64,000 nt of DNA from an uncultured Thermodesulfobacteriota bacterium. Lineage in GTDB: Bacteria; Desulfobacterota; Thermodesulfobacteria; Thermodesulfobacteriales; Thermodesulfatatoraceae. The position numbers and the translations under genes were made by a program. Shown here in pieces: positions 57,752-64,000 of this stretch (position 1 is its first letter; each line of letters opens with the position of its first letter). The stretch is from contig CAZROA010000069.1 in the NCBI GenBank assembly GCA_964601575.1, positions 1,692 to 65,691 of the forward strand. The letters are read 5' to 3'. The notes beneath the pieces were generated by a model, which saw only the letters and a list, made by a program, of their open reading frames with translations, was not told the DNA's origin and did not search any database.

Positions 57752-59143
57752 TTAGGCGCTATTTATCTTCCTGGCCGCCTCAAAGATATGTTTATCTAAG
57801 GGCTCCTCGATGGAAAGGGGATATTTTCCGGTAAAACAGGCCAGACAATATTCGTGTTCGTTTCTCTTGGCCGCCGAAAGGAGCCCTTCAAGGCTTAAGT
57901 AATGCAATAGATCAAGCTCCAGATAGCGCCGAATCTCTTCCACCGAGTGTTTGGCGGCGATTAATTCTCCCCGGGTGGGAAAGTCTATGCCATAGAAACA
58001 AGGGAACCTAATCGGGGGGCAACTGATGAGCATACTGATCGAATAGGCCCCGGCCTCTCGGATGGACTTGATCCTCGTTCGGCTGGTGGTCCCGCGGACC
58101 AAAGAATCATCTACCACAGCCACCTTTTTACCACGCAGGATCTCACGCACCGGGTTTAGCTTTACCCGGACCGAAAAATCACGCATGCTTTGGGAGGGCT
58201 GAATAAAGGTTCGCCCGACGTAGTGGTTCCTGATGACCCCCATTTCAAAGGGAAGCCCCGCAGCCTGGGCATACCCGATGGCCGCGTAATTACCCGAATC
58301 AGGAAAGGGCATAACAAAATCGGCCTCCACTCGGCATTCCTTGGCCAATTCATAACCCAAGCGTTTACGGAAGGCATAGACGTTTTGGTTATAGATATAG
58401 CTATCTGGCCGGGCAAAATAGATGAACTCAAACACACAATGGGCCAAGCGATTGGACTTGAGCCCTTCGTAAGAAGTAAGCCCGTTTTCGTCAATTACTA
58501 GGATTTCTCCAGGGGCCACGTCGCGGAGGTACTGGGCCTGGACCAGATCCAAGGCACAGGTCTCCGAGGCCACGATATAACCGCCGTTTAACATGCCCAA
58601 ACAAAGGGGCCGGAACCCATAAGGGTCACGAAAGGCAATCAATTTATCCTGGGCCAGGAGGACGATGGAATAAGCCCCTTCGATAAGGCCCATGGTCTCC
58701 CGGATGGATTCGATCAGGCCTTTACGCATGGACTTGGCCAGGAGGTGGACAATCACCTCGCTGTCCATGGTGGTCTGAAAAAGAGAGCCATCGGCCTCAA
58801 GCTCTGCCCGCAGGCGGTGGGCATTAACCAGATTGCCGTTATGGGCTAGGGCAAAGGTCTTTTGCTCATGGGTGACACAAAAGGGCTGGGCATTTTTGAT
58901 GGTTGTCGATCCGGTAGTGGAATAACGAACGTGGCCAACGGCTATATGCCCTTTTAGCTCGTTTAGGATGGCCTCGTTAAAGACGTCGGCCACCAGGCCC
59001 AGACCTCGATGTTCTCGGACTTCTTTTCCATCGGAGACCGCGATTCCAGCGCTTTCCTGCCCTCGGTGCTGAAGGGCATAAAGCCCGAAGTAGGCGATCT
59101 TAGCCGCTTCCTTATGTCCAAAGACACCGATTACGCCACACAT
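57752..59143 (-). CDS. purF: Amidophosphoribosyltransferase
   Basis: Ntn start MCGVIGVF at the ATG at 59143, the PRPP loop VVDDSLVRGTT, and Cys residues consistent with a 4Fe-4S PurF. Confidence 0.95.
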   Translation of the reverse strand: MCGVIGVFGHKEAAKIAYFGLYALQHRGQESAGIAVSDGKEVREHRGLGLVADVFNEAILNELKGHIAVGHVRYSTTGSTTIKNAQPFCVTHEQKTFALAHNGNLVNAHRLRAELEADGSLFQTTMDSEVIVHLLAKSMRKGLIESIRETMGLIEGAYSIVLLAQDKLIAFRDPYGFRPLCLGMLNGGYIVASETCALDLVQAQYLRDVAPGEILVIDENGLTSYEGLKSNRLAHCVFEFIYFARPDSYIYNQNVYAFRKRLGYELAKECRVEADFVMPFPDSGNYAAIGYAQAAGLPFEMGVIRNHYVGRTFIQPSQSMRDFSVRVKLNPVREILRGKKVAVVDDSLVRGTTSRTRIKSIREAGAYSISMLISCPPIRFPCFYGIDFPTRGELIAAKHSVEEIRRYLELDLLHYLSLEGLLSAAKRNEHEYCLACFTGKYPLSIEEPLDKHIFEAARKINSA

Positions 59144-59154
59144 GGTTGCCCACC

Positions 59155-60531
59155 TTATTCTATTGCTCCGCCCACGACGATTTCCGGGATACGCAGCGTG
59201 GGCTGTGCATCTGAGACAGGTACACCCTGTCCGTCCTTGCCGCAAGTCCCGATGGCAAACCCCAAATCGTTGCCTACCATGTCGATCATCTGGAGCACTT
59301 GCGGCCCGTTACCGGAGATAGTCGCCCCACGAACCGGCTCACCAACAAGGCCCTTTTCAATGAGATAGCCCTCGGCCACTTCAAAGACAAAATTGCCGGA
59401 GATGGTGTCTACTTGACCACCACCCATCTTTTTGACCAAGAGCCCCTTTTCCACACTGCGAATGATGGCCTCCGGTGGTGTATCTCCGGGGGCAATATAG
59501 GTGTTGCTCATCCGGGGAATGGGACGAAAGCGATAGGATTCACGCCGACCGTGGCCGTTAGATTTGACACCGGCCTTCATGGCCGAAAGCCGATCATAGA
59601 GAAAGGTCTTGAGAACACCGTTCTCGATGAGCACCGTCTTTTCCGGCCACACTCCCTCGTCGTCGAACTGGTAAAACCCCCGCTGATAAAGGAGGGTGGG
59701 ATCGTCGATCACGGTGATCAAAGGAGAGGCCACCTGTTCACCCAGGCGCCCGGCATAGACTGAAAACCCCTCGGCAGCCAGATCTGCCTCAAGCCCATGG
59801 CCCACGGCCTCGTGGATCATGGTCCCGCCAGCCTCTGAAGAAAGGACCACCGGCATGGTCCCTCCTGGGGCCTTTCGGGCCCCTAACATGAGCAAGGCCC
59901 TTTTGGCCGCCTTCAAGGCGATCTCTTCTGGGGGGGTCTTTTCAAAGATTTCAAGCCCTATGGCCCCTCCCACCGGTTCGTACCCGGTCTGGATTACCTC
60001 TCCCTCCCGGGCCACGACCTGAACCGCTAACAAAGTATAAAGCCTTTCTCCAGAGATCCATTCTCCCTCGGTATTTACGATGGTGATCTCCTTACGCACG
60101 TCCTGGTAAATGACCTGGACTTGGACGACCTTAGGTGAGACCCCGCGGGCCACTTGGTTGGCCTCTTGGACTAATTTGACCTTGGTCAAAAGGGGTTCTT
60201 CATAGGGAGGTCTCTTTATCTCAATGGGGGGGACCTTATGTCGGTCTGAAAACACAATGTCTTTTTCTTCTTCACCGGTAAGCTTTTTGAGCTCCCTGGC
60301 CAGGGTTTCCAGGTTTTCCAAGGACATATCGTTGGAATAGGCATAGGCCGTATGAAAATCGCCATAGATGACCCGCAGCCCCACACCGGCGTCTACGCCG
60401 GTGACCGCCTTCTCTAAACGATTGTTTTCCAAGACGATATAAGTGGTAACAGTGCGTTCAAAATAGAGATCAGCAAAGAGACCTTTACCGCAGGCAAGGG
60501 CAAGGATTTTGTCTACTCCTTTAGGGACCAT
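59155..60531 (-). CDS. tldD: TldD-family metalloprotease
   Basis: 458 aa with the HEAVGHGLEAD zinc motif and a conserved C-terminal barrel (GGQVD, TCGKDGQ). Confidence 0.88.
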   Translation of the reverse strand: MVPKGVDKILALACGKGLFADLYFERTVTTYIVLENNRLEKAVTGVDAGVGLRVIYGDFHTAYAYSNDMSLENLETLARELKKLTGEEEKDIVFSDRHKVPPIEIKRPPYEEPLLTKVKLVQEANQVARGVSPKVVQVQVIYQDVRKEITIVNTEGEWISGERLYTLLAVQVVAREGEVIQTGYEPVGGAIGLEIFEKTPPEEIALKAAKRALLMLGARKAPGGTMPVVLSSEAGGTMIHEAVGHGLEADLAAEGFSVYAGRLGEQVASPLITVIDDPTLLYQRGFYQFDDEGVWPEKTVLIENGVLKTFLYDRLSAMKAGVKSNGHGRRESYRFRPIPRMSNTYIAPGDTPPEAIIRSVEKGLLVKKMGGGQVDTISGNFVFEVAEGYLIEKGLVGEPVRGATISGNGPQVLQMIDMVGNDLGFAIGTCGKDGQGVPVSDAQPTLRIPEIVVGGAIE

Positions 60532-61516
60532 GATCTTCTCCTTTTAGGTTTTGAAGGAGGCCTTCGAATTCATCTTTGCTCGGATATCCTAAACGGCCAT
60601 AATCCTTGAGGGAAGAGGCTGCCAGGGCTGCGGCTAGACGACCGGCCTTAAAGGGCGAAAGACCCCTTTCAATCCCGGCAATGACCCCAGCGTCAAAGAC
60701 ATCTCCGGCCCCGGTGTTATCCACCATTTTCTCTGGTTTGGCTGGTGGGATCTCGATCTTCTTTTTCTTTTTTCGTATTTCTGCCCCTTGGGCCCCCTTT
60801 TTAAGACAGATCACCTCCGGCCCGAGGTCTAAGAGTTCTTCTAAAGAGCTTTGAAAGATGCTCAATTCCTGGTGGGTGAGAAAAAGGAGCCGTGTTTTTC
60901 TCAAAAGCCCTTTTAAAGCAAAGACCCCGCGGGAGGCATAAATCTCACCAGGGTCAAGACTTACCTCCCCTTCATGTTGGACCACCAGCCTTTGATGAAA
61001 CTCAAATCCCTCGTCACTGATGAAAGAGCTCAGATGAAGCCACCCTTTAGATCTTTCCGGGGAGAAGGAGGCCAGGGCCCTTTCTTCTGAATGGGGACAG
61101 ACAAAGATGGCCCGATCTTTGGCGGCATCAAGGATGATCAGAGAACGACTGGTCTCTCCCCGACGGATCACCTGCCTCAGATCTACCCCTTTGAGTTCGC
61201 CCAAGGCAAAATCTCCTTCTTCGTCCTCGCCGACTATGCCGATAAATCCACAGGAAAATCCCCAATTTTTCAAGGCATAGATGGTATTGGCTGCTGAGCC
61301 CCCTCCGCAACGCCCCAAAAATTTTCCCTTTTGTTGGAGAAGGTCTCGCAAGGTCTCGAAATCTTTCCGATCTCCCCATATCTCCCGGCCTGGTTTGAGG
61401 GGTTGGCCTCGAAATTCAATGGCCTGAAGTTCCTCTACCAGGAAGAAATAATCGACGTTAAGCGCTCCTGAGCCCCAGATCTTCAAGTTCTTCCTCCCAA
61501 GAAATAAGGGCCTCAA
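60521..61516 (-). CDS. PfkB-family carbohydrate/nucleoside kinase
   Basis: GGSAANT near the N-terminus and the C-terminal DNTGAGDVFDAG anion-hole motif. The start is uncertain: the ATG at 61516 overlaps the upstream gene by 59 nt, and an in-frame TTG lies near 61486. Confidence 0.8.
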   Translation of the reverse strand: MRPLFLGRKNLKIWGSGALNVDYFFLVEELQAIEFRGQPLKPGREIWGDRKDFETLRDLLQQKGKFLGRCGGGSAANTIYALKNWGFSCGFIGIVGEDEEGDFALGELKGVDLRQVIRRGETSRSLIILDAAKDRAIFVCPHSEERALASFSPERSKGWLHLSSFISDEGFEFHQRLVVQHEGEVSLDPGEIYASRGVFALKGLLRKTRLLFLTHQELSIFQSSLEELLDLGPEVICLKKGAQGAEIRKKKKKIEIPPAKPEKMVDNTGAGDVFDAGVIAGIERGLSPFKAGRLAAALAASSLKDYGRLGYPSKDEFEGLLQNLKGEDHGP

Positions 61517-62174
61517 GGGCCGCTTTGAGGCACCTTTTAGAGATGTTTGGATAGCATCGCCGAAAGAGCTGGACCAAGGTGGTTGGTTCTCGGCGCCGTT
61601 TGACTAGAGAGAGCCGATAGCTAAGGACGTAGAGGGCCCGGCGATAGAAGTAGGTTCTGGGCTCAAGGCCTAAGGCCTTGGTCAAGAAGAGATCCAAAGG
61701 GTGCCGTCCAGGCCAGAGGAACAGCCCGCGCAAAAGATAAAAGGAAAATCGGCGGTCACGCTCCAGAGACCATTCCAAAAGATAATGAATAAACCGGGGT
61801 GGAAGGCCGAGCCGCCGCTGGAAGGCTGGGATAATCTGGTTGTGGGCCACGTCGTCTGTGACCAAATGAAAGAGATAGCCTAAGGAGAAGGCCTTTAACT
61901 CCGGCTTGAAGGCACAAGAGAGCAGGCGTCTGGCGGCCTTAAAGCTATGGTAATGCTCTCGCCAGCCTGCTCGGCCAACCAAAAAATCCGGGGCGATACT
62001 GCCGTAGAGAAAGGCCCACCCGCTCTCCGAAAGGCACTGGGCCAAAGAGAGGCTTAATAAGGGTAGTTCTTCAAAGAGACGTAAAGACAATTCCAGATGT
62101 ACCCCGGGGCCAAAGGCCAGGACCGAGGCCGGAAACAACCAGGCCACCGTGGTCACCAAGATGAATTTGAACAC
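61458..62174 (-). CDS. Zinc-dependent phospholipase C-like / membrane-associated metal hydrolase family protein
   Basis: Signal or anchor sequence, an early FGPGVH motif and a later GYLFHLVTDDVAHN motif, resembling uncharacterised zinc-PLC-fold proteins. This is a weak assignment. Confidence 0.45.
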   Translation of the reverse strand: MFKFILVTTVAWLFPASVLAFGPGVHLELSLRLFEELPLLSLSLAQCLSESGWAFLYGSIAPDFLVGRAGWREHYHSFKAARRLLSCAFKPELKAFSLGYLFHLVTDDVAHNQIIPAFQRRLGLPPRFIHYLLEWSLERDRRFSFYLLRGLFLWPGRHPLDLFLTKALGLEPRTYFYRRALYVLSYRLSLVKRRREPTTLVQLFRRCYPNISKRCLKAALEALISWEEELEDLGLRSA

Positions 62175-62182
62175 TAATTACC

Positions 62183-63391
62183 TCAACCGTAGATCCTGGT
62201 CAGTCTTTTTTCTGAAGATACCACGTATTCATAGACGGTGTCTTGGTTAATTTTATCAGCCGGGAAGGCAATCATCTCTGCCCGTGCGCCCGGGGCCAAA
62301 CGCCCCAGGGAGGGGTTTTTCAAGGCTTTAGCCCCCCAAAGGGTGGCCATCTTGAGGAAGACTTTTGGGGAAAGAGTAGGGAAAAACCGGGCCAAGGTCT
62401 CAAGTTCGGCAAAGATGGAGAGCCGATCATTGCTGGCCAGACTATCGGTCCCCAGGCAGGGCTCTAATCCAACGGCAAGCATCTTATCCACCGGGGGCAG
62501 GCCTACCCCTAAAAAGGTATTGCTTCGAGGGCAAAGACAGGGCCTGGCCTTGTGTTTGGCTAAGATTTCAAGATCTTTCTCCGAGACCTGGACGGTATGG
62601 ACGCAGATGGTATCGGCATCTAGCACGCCCAGGCGTTCTAAATAGGCCACCGGCCCGAGCTTAGGGGCCTCAAAGGAGGCATTCCACTGCTCCCGTTCCT
62701 CAAGGAGGAGCCGAATAGGCCCACGACCTTCTTTCAGAAAAAGGACCTCTTCCGGTGACTCGGCCACATGCAAGGAGAAAGGCAGGCCGAAACGTCTGGT
62801 CCAGCTCTTTATGGCCTGAAGCAATATGGGAGAAACGGTATAAGGGGCATGGGGCGAAAGGCTAAAGAGGATCTTTTTGTCCCGGACCTGATCCTTAATA
62901 AAGTCCTTCAAAGAACTTCGGCCTTTAAAGTCTATGACCTCACGGAAAAAGACAGCCCTTAACGGACCTTCACGCAGGAGATTGATGGTCAGTCCGGTAT
63001 TACCTACGTCTCCTACCAGGCCGATACCCTCTTTCCATAGCTCGTCTAAGGCCTGTTGGGCGGCCTGCTGGACCTCTTCGGCGGAGATCTCAGTTCGTTT
63101 GCGGATGAGATTCTTGACCCAGGTGATAAAGGAGCCCGAAGGGGTTAGGCGCCATTTGAGGGCCGAGAGTTCCAAATGGGTATGGGCATTGACCAGGGCC
63201 GGCATGAGGACTGCTTCGCCCAGATCGTGTAGCCGCCCGGAAAAGGTCTTTTTGAGCTCCCGATAAGGACCAACGGCGGTAATACGTCCCTTGGCGGTGA
63301 TCACTGCCCCATCTTGAATCAGGGGGCTCTCCATGGGTAAGACGAATTTGGCCCTGTATAACGTTGGTTCCCTGAAAACCAGAATGTCCAT
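62183..63391 (-). CDS. Amidohydrolase-superfamily deaminase (chlorohydrolase/aminofutalosine deaminase-like)
   Basis: PALVNAHTHLELS metal motif, HVAES and later His/Asp ligands. Its position directly downstream of an mqn radical SAM gene suggests a futalosine-pathway deaminase. Confidence 0.75.
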   Translation of the reverse strand: MDILVFREPTLYRAKFVLPMESPLIQDGAVITAKGRITAVGPYRELKKTFSGRLHDLGEAVLMPALVNAHTHLELSALKWRLTPSGSFITWVKNLIRKRTEISAEEVQQAAQQALDELWKEGIGLVGDVGNTGLTINLLREGPLRAVFFREVIDFKGRSSLKDFIKDQVRDKKILFSLSPHAPYTVSPILLQAIKSWTRRFGLPFSLHVAESPEEVLFLKEGRGPIRLLLEEREQWNASFEAPKLGPVAYLERLGVLDADTICVHTVQVSEKDLEILAKHKARPCLCPRSNTFLGVGLPPVDKMLAVGLEPCLGTDSLASNDRLSIFAELETLARFFPTLSPKVFLKMATLWGAKALKNPSLGRLAPGARAEMIAFPADKINQDTVYEYVVSSEKRLTRIYG

Positions 63392-64000
63392 TCAGCCCTC
63401 AAGGAGGGAGTAATCCATTCGTCTTCGTCTTGGTTCATACCCGGCATCGCGGATAATCTTTTCGATCTCCTCTACCGAGAGTCGGTGAGAGACACCGGCA
63501 GCAGCGACCACATTTTCTTCGATCATGGTGCTTCCAAAATCGTTGGCTCCGAATTCCAAGGCTACCTGGGCTACCTTTGGTCCCTGGGTCACCCAGGAGG
63601 CCTGAAGATTAGGGATATTGTCCAAGAAGATCCGGGCCAAGGCAAGCATCTTTAGATATTCTACCGGGAGGGCCTTAGGGGTGCTGAGTTCCATGTTTTT
63701 TCCGGGCTGAAAGGGCCAGCAGATAAAGGCGGTAAAACCATGGGTCTCGTCCTGGAGGGCCCTTATCTTTTCCAGATGTTCAATGCGCTCTTCGATAGTT
63801 TCAATATGTCCGAACATCATAGTGGCGGTGGTCTTAAGCCCCAACCGATGGGCGACACGCATTACTTCTAGCCACTCTGCAGCCGAACACTTGTTCGGGG
63901 AGACCTGCCTTCGCACGCGATCGACCAAGATCTCTGCTCCGCCTCCGGGGATAGAATCAAGCCCGGCAGCAATAAGGCGCTTCAAGACCTCTTCCAAGCT
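63392..64000 (-). CDS. Radical SAM futalosine-pathway enzyme, MqnC/MqnE family, C-terminal fragment; 5' end lies outside the window
   Basis: The frame is open to base 64000. GGGAEIL, TTATMMFGHIETIEER and HGFTAFICWPFQ motifs. Paralogous to the fragment at 1..588. Confidence 0.78.
   Translation of the reverse strand, partial: SLEEVLKRLIAAGLDSIPGGGAEILVDRVRRQVSPNKCSAAEWLEVMRVAHRLGLKTTATMMFGHIETIEERIEHLEKIRALQDETHGFTAFICWPFQPGKNMELSTPKALPVEYLKMLALARIFLDNIPNLQASWVTQGPKVAQVALEFGANDFGSTMIEENVVAAAGVSHRLSVEEIEKIIRDAGYEPRRRRMDYSLLEG

Overview
This is a dense, mostly housekeeping bacterial chromosome segment of about 50% GC. The gene set suggests an anaerobic, probably thermophilic, sulfate-reducer-like lineage (futalosine-pathway mqn genes, class II B12 ribonucleotide reductase, WtpA-type tungstate/molybdate uptake, sigma-54 nitrogen control), but this taxonomic guess is tentative. 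I call about 65 protein genes with very short or overlapping junctions. I found no rRNA, tRNA, CRISPR array, transposase or integrase. Recognisable core genes include gyrA, rlpA, rlmE, livGF, pyrR, birA, thiC, amtB-glnK, waaA, yggS, nrdJ, purC, cobB, rsmE, prmA, cheX, proC, hslO, proS, serS, purF and tldD. Six things stand out. (1) A tight three-gene operon at 48.1-51.5 kb encodes a ParB/Srx-like protein, a Memo-family protein with a PqqD/RRE-like N-terminal extension, and a B12-binding radical SAM enzyme. I do not recognise this as a described system, and it is my best candidate for something new. (2) A full-length LAGLIDADG intein interrupts nrdJ exactly at the catalytic NPCGE cysteine. (3) nrdJ appears co-transcribed with an ACT-ACT-MBL hydrolase, a CcsA-like heme-handling membrane protein and a small membrane protein. 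(4) An AT-rich islet at 40.5-42.3 kb carries a vapBC module with a palindromic operator, a decayed third gene and a small orphan gene. (5) A GalT-type HIT enzyme is translationally coupled to a PyrK-like Fe-S flavoprotein. (6) An amtB-glnK-porin operon has a near-consensus sigma-54 promoter next to a GAF-domain sigma-54 activator. All functional calls rest on motif and architecture recognition by eye from the supplied translations. No database search was run, and start codons are frequently uncertain.
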